Source: Macrostomum lignano (Eukaryota). Taken from it: 64,000 bases of DNA. Where the stretch lies: positions 248,001 through 312,000 of the forward strand of contig NIVC01001069.1 in NCBI GenBank assembly GCA_002269645.1, written 5' to 3'. A program made the translations under genes and the position numbers. A model generated the notes under the pieces. The model was given only the letters and a program-made list of their open reading frames with translations, searched no databases and was not told the origin of the DNA. Positions within the stretch are counted from its first letter, which is position 1, and the number at the start of each line of letters is the position of its first letter. This document shows positions 52,365-64,000 of the stretch, in pieces.

Positions 52365-52902
52365 GGGCACCCCTCTGACACTAATTTGGGCACCCCTCTG
52401 ACACTAATTTTGGCGCCCCTCTGACACTAATTTTGGCGCCCCTCTGACTCATTTTGGCACCCCTCTGAAACTCATTTTGGCGCCCCTCTGACACTCATTT
52501 TGGCACCCCTCTGAAACTCATTTTGGCGCCCCTCTGACACTCATTTTGGCACCCCTCTGAAACTCACTTTGGCGCCCCTCTGACACTCATTTTGGCGCCC
52601 CTCTGACACTCATTTTGGCACCCCTCTGACACTCATTTTGGCGCCCCTCTGACACTCATTTTGGCGCCCCTCTGACACTCATTTTGGCACCCCTCTGAAA
52701 CTCATTTTGGCGCCCCTCTGACACTCATTTTGGTGCCTCCCTGACACTCATTTTTGGGACCCTCTGATACTCATTTTGGCACCCCTCTGACACTCATTTT
52801 GGCACCCCTCTGACACTCAGTTTGGTGCCTCCCTGACACTCATTTTGGCGTCCCCTGACACTCATTTTGGCGCCCCTCTGACACTCATTTTGACGCCCCT
52901 CA
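52365..52902. repeat. 23-bp minisatellite (TTTGGCGCCCCTCTGACACTCAT)n
   Basis: Period 23. Confidence 0.94.
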
Positions 52903-52963
52903 AAAATGTTTCCAACAGAAAATTTAATGAATTATTGACCTAATACTGCGATTGCACAATCAG

Positions 52964-53319
52964 GGAGCGGTGGAACAAGCCGGTAGTCAGCATTGGAGCA
53001 GTTGAGATGGCATTCCGCGACAGTGCAAACATCCAATACAGACACGACATCTTTGTTCGAGTCAGCTTTGATAGCGGCGAACTGATTCACTCAATTGTGA
53101 AGGCAATTTTTCTGCCAAACGCTTGGCGAAAGTTTTTCGGCATGTTCACCTGGTCGCACGGATACGCTAAGAACAGTGGCAATCTGTTTATGCAAGGCTT
53201 CAACTGGGTACGGCAGCGAATGAATATGAAAGCCGACTACTTTGACACGCAGAATAGGACCTTTACAGAAGAGGAGATTACTAACACGTTGAAGCAGAGA
53301 ATCGCATCGAAATACTCCG
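52964..53319 (+). CDS. ANF-receptor cassette 3, exon 2
   Basis: Acceptor CACAATCAG (phase 2, matching exon 1). ERWNKPVVSIGA...FVRVS...NAWRKFFGMF. Ends NTLKQRIASKYS with phase-1 donor G|GTAAGA at 53320. Confidence 0.86.
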
Positions 53320-53507
53320 GTAAGAATGAATCGGAGCCTTCAGAGTCTTCGCGATCAAATATTGAAAAGCCGAACCGATTTTAGCTTGTTACAACATTTT
53401 AGCGATATGTCTTCTATCAAATGCTTCCCATATCTTCCTAGCTTTTCAATCGGGCCAAGAAATCAGCCGTTGCCCAAGTTAAGGTGGAAAAGGAGTGGTG
53501 GGGCACA

Positions 53508-54510
53508 CAAACAGCCACCCCAACCAATTTAGGCGGAAAAGGGGCGGTGGGGCACACAAACAGCCACCCCAACCAATTTAGGCGGAAAAGGGGCGGTGGG
53601 GCACACGAACAGCCACCCCAACCAATTTAGGCGGACAAGGGGCGGTGGGGCACTCAAACAGCCACCCCAACCAATTAAAGCGGACAAGGGGTGGTGGGGC
53701 ACTCAACCAGCCACGCCAACCAATTTAGGCGGAAAAGGGGCGGTGGGGCACAAACAGCCACCCCAACCAATTTAGGCGGAAAAGGGGCGGTGGGGCACAC
53801 AAACAGCCACCCCAACCAATTTAGGCGGAAAAGGGGCGGTGGGGCACTCAAACAGCCACCCCAACCAATTAAAGCGGAAAAGGGGCGGTGGGGCACTCAA
53901 CCAGCCACGCCAACCAATTTAGGCAAAAAAGGGGCGGTGGGGCACAAACAGCCACCCCAACCAATTTAGGCGGAAAAGGGGCGGTGGGGCACAAACAGCC
54001 ACCCCAACCAATTTAGGCGGACAAGGGGCGGTGGGGCACAAACAGCCACCCCAACCAATTTAGGCGGACAAGGGGCGGTGGGGCACTCAAACAGCCACCC
54101 CAACCAATTAAAGCGGACAAGGGGTGGTGGGGCACTCAAACAGCCACGCCAACCAATTTAGGCGGAAAAGGGGCGGTGGGGCACTCAACCAGCCACGCCA
54201 ACCAATTTAGGCGGAAAAGGGGCGGTGGGGCACAAACAGCCACCCCAACCAATTTAGGCGGAAAAGGGGCGGTGGGGCACTCAACACAGCCACCCCAACC
54301 AATTTAGGCGGAAAAGGGGCGGTGGGGCACTCAACACAGCCACCCCAACCAATTTAGGCGGAAAAGGGGCGGTGGGGCACTCAACACAGCCACCCCAACC
54401 AATTTAGGCGGAAAAGGGGCGGTGGGGCACACAAACAGCCACCCCAACCAATTTAGGCGGAAAAGGGGCGGTGGGGCACACGAACAGCCACCCCAACCAG
54501 TTAAGGCGGA
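53508..54510. repeat. ~47-50-bp GC-rich minisatellite (CAACCAATTTAGGCGGAAAAGGGGCGGTGGGGCACACAAACAGCCACCC)n
   Basis: Visible tandem array. Confidence 0.94.
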
Positions 54511-55309
54511 AAAGGGGCCGTGGTGTATTTTTTATGCAATGCAAATCTCAATGAAATTTCTACCATTCTTAACTTAGAAATATCAACAAATAAGGCGGAA
54601 ACCCAAGCGCATCTACTGATAGTAGCTTGTTTAAAACGACGTAAAAATCCACAGAACGAGATTGTACCCCTAATCGTACGCTCACATGAGCGAGATGCCA
54701 AAATAATTTAATCCGTCCTCGGCCACACGCGACAGTCTGTCGCAATAATCGTGAATTTAAAGGCAGTGCAGAGAGCGGTCAGTTTGACCAGTAGCTCTGC
54801 AAAAACCCCTACTTCATCTCTCTTCGTGCAAGCATGCAGTCCCCTGCAGAGTGGCAGCTTGCCCATTACTCAAAAAATATGTCTGACCAACGCTGAGCAA
54901 CTTAATTAATCGCATAAATGCAATCGAGTTGGCAGTGGGCAGTGTGGTAGCAGGCATGGTCACACTCTGTCTCACCTCACTTTCTGCCTGTCACATGGAC
55001 TAGCCAACCCCCGCCTCGCCGGAGCATTTCTGAATGCGAAGAGACTGAACGGGTGTAGCGGCTTCAGTACTCCTATCCAGCCAGTACTTTCAGATGTTAG
55101 GCTTCAGTGTTCACCCTTAATGCGGTTACATCCCTCCGGCAGTAGAGCTCTTCCCACACAGTTGTCATATCTTATTCATCATTTTGTCAAATATGGCTTT
55201 CATTCTAACACCGGCACAGACCATTAATAGAACATAAAAATTAATAGTTATTATCAGTACTAAAATGCATTTCAATTCCTTACGTTTTGCAATTGAAATC
55301 TCCCATCAT

Positions 55310-57365
55310 CTCCGACCATCAGGATAAAATCTCCCACACAAACTTCAACACGATCTCCGACACAATCTCCGACACAATCTTCGACACAATCTCCTACAAA
55401 ATCTCTGACACAATCTCCGACACAATCTTCGACACGATCTCCGACACAATCTCCGACACAATCTCCTACAAAATCTCTGACGCAATCTCCGACACAATCT
55501 TCGACACGATCTCCGACACGATCTCTGACACAATCTCCGACACAATCTCCGACACAATCTCCGACATGATCTCTGACACAATCTCCTACAAAATCTCTGA
55601 CACTATCTCTGACACAATCTCCGACACGATCTCCGACACAATCTCCGACACGATCTCTGACACAATCCCCGACACAATCTCCGACACGATCTCTGACACA
55701 ATCTCTGACACAATCCCCGACACAATCTCCGACACAATCTCCGACCATCTCCGGCAAAATCTCCGACACAATATCCGACACAATTTCCGATACGATCTCT
55801 GACACAATTTCCGATACGATCTCTGACACAATCCCCGACACAATCTCCGACACAATCTCTGACACGATCTCCGACCATCTCCGGCAAAATCTCCGACACA
55901 ATCTCCGACCATCTCCGGCAAAATTTCCGACACAATCTCTGACACGATCTCTGACACAATATCCGACACAATTTCCGATACGATCTCTGACACAATCTCC
56001 GACACGATCTCTGACACAATCCCCGACACAATCTCCGGCACAATCTCCGACACAATCTCTGACACGATCTCTGACACAATCCCCGACAAAATCTCTGACA
56101 CGATCTCGGACACAATATCCGACACAATTTCCGATACGATCTCTGACACAATTTCCGATACGATCTCTGACACAATCTCCGACAAGATCTCTGACACAAT
56201 CCCCGACACAATCTCTGACACAATCTCCGACACAATCTCCGACCATCTTCGGCAAAATCTCCGACACAATCTCTGACACGATCTCTGACACAATCCCCGA
56301 CACAATCTCCGACACAATCTCTGACACGATCTCTGACACGATCTCGGACACAATATCCGACACAATTTCCGATACGATCTCTGACACAATCCCCGACACA
56401 ATCTCCGACACAATCTCCGACCATCTCCGGCAAAATCTCCGACACAATCTCTGACACGATCTCTGACACAATCCCCGACACAATCTCCGACACAATCTCT
56501 GACACGATCTCGGACACAATATCCGACACAATCTCCGACACAATCTTTGACACGATCTCTGACACGATCTCGGACACAATCTCCGACACAATCTCCGACC
56601 ATCTCCGGCAAAATCTCCGACACAATCTCTGACACGATCTCTGACACAATCCCCGACACAATCTCCGACACAATCTCTGACACGATCTCGGACACAATCT
56701 CCGACACAATTTCCGATACGATCTCTGACACAATTTCCGATACGATCTCTGACACAATCTCCGACACGATCTTCGACACGATCTTTGACACAATCTCTGA
56801 CACGATCTTTGACACAATCTCTGACACGATCTCTGACACAATCCCCGACACGATCTCTGACACAATCTCTGACACGATCTCTGACACAATCCCCGACACA
56901 ATCTCTGACACAATCTCTGACACGATCTCGGACACAATCTCCGACAATTTCCGATACGATCTCTGACACAATTTCCGATACGATCTCTGACACAATCTCC
57001 GACACGATCTCCGACACGATCTCTGACACAATCTCCGACACAATCTCTGACACAATCTCTGACACGATCTTTGACACAATCTCTGACTCAATCTCCGACA
57101 TGATCTCTGACACAATCTCCGACACAATCTCTGACACAATCTCCGACACAATCTCTGACACGATCTCTGACACAATCTCCGACACGATCTCTGACACAAG
57201 CCCCGACATAATCTCCGACCATCTCCAGCACAATCTCCGACACAAGCCCCGACATAATCTCCGACCATCTCCAGCACAATCTCCGACACAAGCCCCGACA
57301 TAATCTCCGACCATCTCCAGCACAATCTCCGACACAAGCCCCGACATAATCTCCGACCATCTCTG
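55310..57365. repeat. 12-bp minisatellite (ATCTCCGACACA)n
   Basis: Period 12 with variants; explains the 444-699 aa ORFs. Confidence 0.95.
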
Positions 57366-57777
57366 GCACAACCACTAACCAACTCTGACATTTTTCCAAC
57401 CCGCCTCCAACTCTGAAACATTGGCCCTCACAAAGTCAATATTGAACTGAATCGTGTAGCCCTCAATATTCTAACCGAAAGCAATTATCACTGGGGCCCA
57501 AGATGCATTAAAATCCATTAAAATAGTCCCAGCCAATCAGGTTTAAGGCTTCTATCACTAAACGCTGCTCAGCTGCAACCAATGGGAGCAGTCAATGGGA
57601 GCAGACCCTGCCTAGGCCTAGTATTCTTCAGTTCTTAACTTGTCCCAAATCTCTTTTTCAACAAAAGCCAAACAGCACATGCCCAGCAGCAATCTTAATA
57701 AAATTTGTGAATCAAAATATAACTTAAGACTGAAAAAGCAGGTTTGATTGCAAAAGCAAGGAACAACAGCAAGAAAT

Positions 57778-58075
57778 ATGCTACTGCCGCTGCCGCTGCT
57801 GCTGCTGCTGCCAGCTGCTCTCAGCCTCTCAGCGCCATCACCAGTAGGCAGATCGTTGAAAATCTCGGTCCTACTCCCAATGTCGCGGCACAACATCTCC
57901 CACATGAGTCTTGAACGCGTCCTGCCTGTTGTCGACGTTGCGGTGGCGTCCGCCCAGTCTGTTGGTCTGTTGTCAAATGTCACAGTTCGGTTGCTAAGCA
58001 ACGATAGCGAATGCGACTATTCAATTGCTCCGGTGGTTGGCATGCTCATGCTTCGCGAGGTTGACCTGATGCTGG
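57778..58075 (+). CDS. ANF-receptor cassette 4, exon 1
   Basis: MLLPLPLLLLLPAALSLSA signal peptide; LKISVLLP...MSLERVLPVVDVAV...VTVRLLSNDSECDYSIAP...VDLMLG; phase-1 donor G|GTAAGT. Confidence 0.88.
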
Positions 58076-58134
58076 GTAAGTGAATGACATTAGTGTCTTT
58101 TTTCTTGCTGCGTTGCTATATGTTACATCTCACC

Positions 58135-58650
58135 ATGTTTCTCTCATAATTCTCACCCTGTCTCTCTCCTTAATCTCACCCTGTCTCTCTCCTAATTCTC
58201 ACCCTGTCTCTCTCCTAATTCTCACCCTGTCTCTCTCCTTAATCTCACCGCGTTTCTTCTTAATCCCATCCTTTCTCTCTCCGTAATCTCATCTCTTCTC
58301 TCCTTAAGCTCATCCTCTCTCGCACCTCAGTCTCACCGTGTCTCTCTCCTTAATCTGACCCCGTCTCTCTCCTTAATCTGACCCCGTCTCTCTCCTTAAT
58401 CTGACCCCGTCTCTCTCCTTAATCCCATCGTGTCTCTTTCCATAATCTCACCCTGTCTCTCTCCTTAATCTCACCGTGTCTCTCTCCTTAATCTCACCCT
58501 GTCTCTCTCCTTAGTCTCATCGTGTCTCTCTCCTTAATCTCACCCTGTCTCTCTCCTTAATTTCACCCCGTCTCTCTCCTTAATCTCACCCTGTCCCTCT
58601 CTTTAATCTCATCGTGTCTCTCTCCTTAGTCTCACCCTGTTTCTCTCCTT
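58135..58650. repeat. CT-rich ~21-23-bp minisatellite (TCTCTCCTTAATCTCACCCTG-like)
   Basis: Visible tandem array. Confidence 0.88.
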
Positions 58651-59139
58651 AATCACACACTATCTATACCTATAAAAATGAAATCCCTAATAAATATCAT
58701 TTTATCTCTCCTTATTCTCATACTATCTCTGCTACCACTGCCCTTTTCTTACCTATCTATATTTTCCCTCACTTTACAGGCCTCCGAAACATCACACGCT
58801 TCCCTTTCTCACTCCTTCCCTCCTACCAGCGCTCTCTCACCTTCTATTTCCTGTGTCGCTGACTCCCTGATAATTTCTAATGCGGCAGTATCAGCCAACC
58901 CGGATGTTGGACAAGATGGAGCGACCGACAGACGGGGGTTGGCTGCAAAAAAATCATAGCAACGAAATGGACGAAGCGGGAAGCTGGGGAGATGAAGGGG
59001 ATCGCCGGAGCTCCGACCGGGGCGGGAGGGTTGCTGGGTAGGCCAACCAACCACCCTATTTCCCAACCGGAAGCTGCTGGATTTCACACCTCAGCGAACT
59101 GTCACTGCTGAATCTGTCACTCATTGGAAGCCTCTGATG

Positions 59140-59522
59140 AGCTCAACTCACTCATTTGTTCACTCACTCGCACAGTCACTCACTCATTCACTCACTCACT
59201 CATTCACTCTCTCATTCACTCACACAGTCACTCACTCATTCACTCTCTCATTCACTCTCTCATTCACTCACACAGTCACTCACTCATTCACTCTCTCATT
59301 CACTCACTCACGCAGTGACTCACACATTTACTCACTCACTAATTCACTCTCTCATTCACTCACACAGTCACTCACTCATTCACTCACTCGCTCATTCACT
59401 AATTCTCTCACTAATTCACTCACTCATTCAATCAGTCACTCACTTGCTCGCTCACTCACTCATTCGCTCACTAATTCACTCAATAACTAATTCACTCATT
59501 CACTCATTCACTCATTCACTCA
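59140..59522. repeat. (CTCA/TTCA)n microsatellite
   Basis: Tetranucleotide run. Confidence 0.92.
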
Positions 59523-59981
59523 TGCTCTCAGTCGCGGGCTCATAAACTCACTCATACGAAACTCATATTTTAGCTTGTGATTCTCCACGTCTATCTTTCT
59601 GTCAAAGTTCCACAAAGTGGTCCATATTTAGCCTCTGACCTTCTGTAGCTGTTTCTCTATTTATCGTTTCCTTATTTAATTTTTTGTTTACATCGTTATC
59701 AGTTTTATTATTCTTTTCCGGCTGTGATAATGTCTTTTTTTCTTACCTGGCTTAGTCACAAAATAGCTGCAAGTCTTTTGAGTTCCAGATTTTCATCTTT
59801 TCCGCCTTTGCTGAGCTGATCTTCCCGACAGCACATCTCGACTGTCTGTCTGTCTGATTCAGTCACACTGCCTCGCGCATCAAGCAAATACACTGCCCCG
59901 GTGACGCCTGAAGGAAAGCAAGGGATTATGCGATTTCGTTTGGCTGGCTAGAATTCCCAATGCTGGCTCAGATTTCACGAT

Positions 59982-60170
<189 letters not shown>

Positions 60171-60662
60171 GATGGCTGAGCTGATGGGCATCAAGTTTGC
60201 CTCATCCTACTTATTGACTTCCTATTCCCCCGCTCCTGTCCAATTCGAAAGCCGCCCCAGCTTGATGGACAGGTGAAGTCGCCACAGAAACCCCAGACGC
60301 GGGCCTCCCATCCGGTAGGCAAAAACCCGCCCAATGCTTCCCCTCTAATCCCGCTCTCATTTCTCCCATCAGGCTGGGTTGCGGGTGAAAAAGTACCAGT
60401 GAGTTCTGCTCACAAACTCTGATGTTTCCTCCACTGCTATATCTTCTCTCTTGCTTCGAAATGTACTTTTATCGAATCGTCGCTCTAGTAAGATCACTTG
60501 CGCCTGCATGGATGGGTCTGTCGGGACTGTACCGTGATCTTCTGGCCCCTCTGCTCAATAGATGTCATTAGTCAGCAGTGGTAATACTGTTTGCCTGGCT
60601 GAAAAGTCATTTGTGGCGCCAGGATAAATTCTATCTCAAATCCCACCCCTACTTCGTCGCAG

Positions 60663-61085
60663 GTCCCTACTGCTCCTTTTGTCTTGGCGCCGTGGCCCGG
60701 TACAACCGCTACCACCTGTACCAACGGCCCATCATCACCTCGGGCGGCGGTGCCAGCGTCCTCAACAACAAAGTGGAATATTACAATCTGATCCGAGTCG
60801 GCCCCAGTCACGAGCAGATCGAAGAGATGTTACTCAAGATATTTAAGCACTACAATTGGAGGCCCAGGCCTGTGCAGACTGTGCTGGTCGTTGGGCCACC
60901 AGATGAGATCAACTCCAGGCAGCATCAGTCGGAGTCCATCATCTCTGACGCCTTGGTGATGAGCGTGGCCATCGAGAAGATGCTCACTCAGCCGAATGTG
61001 AGCTACATCGCCAGACGGCTCACGTACAAGCCAGGGAGGCCGCACCTGGCCACCCAGCTGTTCAAGGTGTTGGAAGAGGTTCGAA
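60663..61085 (+). CDS. ANF-receptor cassette 4, exon 2
   Basis: Acceptor CTTCGTCGCAG (phase 1) restores VDLMLG|PYCSFCLGAVARY; RPIITSGGG...EYYNLIRVGPSH..IEEMLLKIFKHYNWR. Best donor is A|GTAAGG at 61086 (phase 1, after LEEVR); the 3' boundary is less certain than in cassettes 1-3. Confidence 0.84.
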
Positions 61086-61227
61086 GTAAGGACCGCACGA
61101 AGAATTCAAGACTGTGATGAGAATCTTTTTTCAGGTCGTATTGAAATAAGCGAGCCTTTTTGAGCTGAGGTTATTAAGCAAATCGGCAGAGATTAAAAAA
61201 ATGATCAATTAAGTCGGCTGATCGATC

Positions 61228-61830
61228 GATCAATCAACCAACCAATCAATCAATCGGTCAATCAATCAACCAATCAACCAACCAACCAACCAACCAACCA
61301 ACCAACCAACCAATCAACCAACCAACCAATCAATCAACCAATCAACCAATCAACCAACCAATCAATCAACCAACCAACCAACCAATCAACCAACCAATCA
61401 ACCAATCAACCAACCAATCAATCAATCAACCAACCAATCAATCAACCAACCAACCAACCAATCAACCAACCAATCAACCAACCAATCAACCAACCAACCA
61501 ATCAACCAACCAATCAACCAATCAACCAACCAATCAATCAACCAACCAACCAACCAATCAACCAACCAATCAACCAACCAACCAATCAACCAACCAATCA
61601 ACCAATCAACCAACCAATCAATCAACCAACCAACCAACCAATCAACCAACCAATCAATCAATGAATCAATCAACCAACCAGCCAACCAACCAACCAACCA
61701 ATCAATCAATCAATTTTCAACGAATCAATCAACCAACCAACCAACCAATCAACCAACCAACCAATCAATCAGTCAATCAATCAAGCAATTTTTAACGAAC
61801 CAAGCAAAAAATCAATCAATCAATTAATCA
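61228..61830. repeat. (AACC/AATC)n microsatellite
   Basis: Tetranucleotide run. Confidence 0.95.
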
Positions 61831-64000
61831 ATCAATCAATTATCAATCATTCGGCAAGAAACGTGTTAATCTGTCAAAAACATACTTGGAAAATCAATTC
61901 CATTGAAATTGAGCAAACTGAGGAACTTCGGGAACACTCGAGGTCTCAGTAAAATTTTCTCAAAATCTTCACGTGTTGCAGCAAAAAGCAAGAAATATTA
62001 TCAGCAAGCTTCAATCTTCTGAATCATGACAAAAAAAAACGCTGGTCCAGTTTGCAGAATATCAGCTTCTCCTACATCTGGGACACTCAAAATGCTATTT
62101 GACGGCTCCAATCTGACATTGTATCCGCCTACAGCTTAAGGCGTGAATTATTAACTTGATGCTGCGATGCCCTCTCTGACTGTGCATTGCTGATTTTCTT
62201 GGTGGCAGCTGGGGGCGGTGGCAAACACCCTCCCGGATCCCAGGGGATCACAGTGCAAGTCTCTGCCGCCCCAAGAGCTGAGATTTAGCCCCAACGCTAA
62301 CTGCTCACCCTCTGCACAGCCCAGAAGCTGCATTTTATGCCAACAATAAGCCTGCAGCCACTTCGGGCACAAATTAATTTCAATACCAATCGAACCGCTT
62401 CTCGAACGTGGGATTCCTTTTTTAGAAAGTTATACACTCTCCTCCTTTACTTCTATGCTATAAAATACCGCCAAGGTTTATTTCCATTTTATTGCTTCTC
62501 CAGCAAGATTGCGGAGGCTGGGATCCAAGTGCATGCATGGGGATCAGCGGAGATCTGTAAAGAAGAGGCTTCTCCACTCACTCCATACCCGGGGAGCGAA
62601 GAAGTTTTTCTTTACTATTTCTGCAATTCCGTATGCGCGCCACTGATTGCCTCGGCTTAGTAAGAGAGAGGGAGATGAGAGATGAAGAAGAGCCGTCCCT
62701 GAGGCGTTTGGATTAAACACAACATCTTTTTGTAAAAGGCTCTCTACTGCTGCTGGTGGCAAAATCCACAGGGGATGTTCGAATTTTAACTTAATGGGTT
62801 GAATCTGTTTCAGTCCTATATAGGATAATCTGAAAAATGGAGTTTTTAGTTTTTCGTCCCAGCGATTCAAATCCATCTTTCTTAGGCAGATTAAAGACTT
62901 CTGTCCGTCAGCTGACGTTCTTTGGCCCCTTTTCAAAGGGTGCGTTGCTTTCTAAAGGGTAAGCAGAAAAAGAATTGCAGCCAGAAACACGAATTCTTAA
63001 AGTGCACCTTGACAGAGAAAACTTCGCCAAAAAGCATTTTCGAATTTTCCGTTTTTAAACACTTAATTGTTGAATACTAAGTACTGTGACTCTGGATGTA
63101 CATTCTAGCCTACATGGTCGGTTTGTAATTATGGAATAGGGTGGATTGTTTTAATTCACATTTGGATTGGGGTGGATTGTTTTAATGTACATGTGGAGTG
63201 AGATGGGTTGTTTTAATGTACATATAGAGTAAGATGGGTTGTTTTAATGTACATATGGAGTGAGGTGGGTAGCTATCTGTATTGCGTGCTTCTTCAATTA
63301 GAGAAGCTGATTAGTTGATATAGCTTTTTGCAGCCCGTTTGGGCCTACATGCATTGTAACACGATATAAATGCGTAAAAGCGTGCATTAAACGCTAAAAG
63401 CGTGCTTAAATGGCTCGTGATCGCTTATTGGCTGGATTCATTTAATGCACGAGAAATATATATCGTGTTAAAATGACATTTAAACCACTATAATCCATAG
63501 AATAAAAAGACTTGTAGCAGTCCTAAGCCTGCCGAAACGAGGGTGAAAGCAACGATGTCTGCCCGCCAGCAAAAGTTGTCTATGGCCCCAATTGGGCACA
63601 AAGAAACCATGTGTATATTTTCAGCTAATATTAGCATTAACATGAGATATTAACATAAACATGAGATAAACATTAGATATATAGTCCATTGACAGTCTTT
63701 AGATTTCTCACGCAGTATACCTCCTGACCTTAGTTTGATTGATTAAAGTTAAACGTACAATTTTCAAACTTGCAATTTCCAAACAGTGAGCTTGCACTCT
63801 GGGAACTGCCGACTGCAATAGAGTAGTTGGTAGCAGATCTCGTGAATGAGTTCGTAGTCGACACAACAGAGCTAGTCGAGCAGTCGGTAGCCGATCTCTC
63901 GATTACGTCTCCAGTCGATACAACCGACGTGTTCGATGCGGTAAAGCTTGTTTCAGACCGGCCTGGAACAGCCAGTCGACGACTAATAGTGTTTGATAGA

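Noticed and set aside
55272-57421. 444-699 aa Cys/Arg-rich or SEIV-repeat ORFs
   Set aside because: Translations of the 12-bp minisatellite.

Overview
Eukaryotic (invertebrate metazoan) genomic DNA, not prokaryotic: spliced genes, LTR, Penelope-like and DNA transposons, a tRNA-derived SINE, and roughly 35-40% micro/minisatellite by my rough sum. GC-rich exons within repeat-dense introns suggest a flatworm such as Macrostomum, but this is only an inference. 1.5-8 kb: a decayed and a near-intact Ty3/gypsy (Mag-like) LTR retrotransposon. 9.6-16 kb: two copies of a TIR element with perfect 8-bp TSDs and a mariner derivative, inside a strongly CpG-depleted domain. 17.7-19.7 kb: a two-coding-exon Rab5. 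30-33 kb: two Penelope-like fragments with three complete minimal hammerhead ribozymes and one partial one. Main finding (26-61 kb): four highly diverged cassettes, each encoding its own signal peptide plus only the N-terminal part of an ANF-receptor (natriuretic-peptide-receptor/receptor guanylyl cyclase type) ligand-binding domain. Each ends in a phase-1 GT donor at or near the same protein position, and I see no downstream receptor exons between them. This suggests a protocadherin/UGT1A-like 'variable first exons, shared constant region' receptor locus; the constant exons would lie beyond the window and are not seen.
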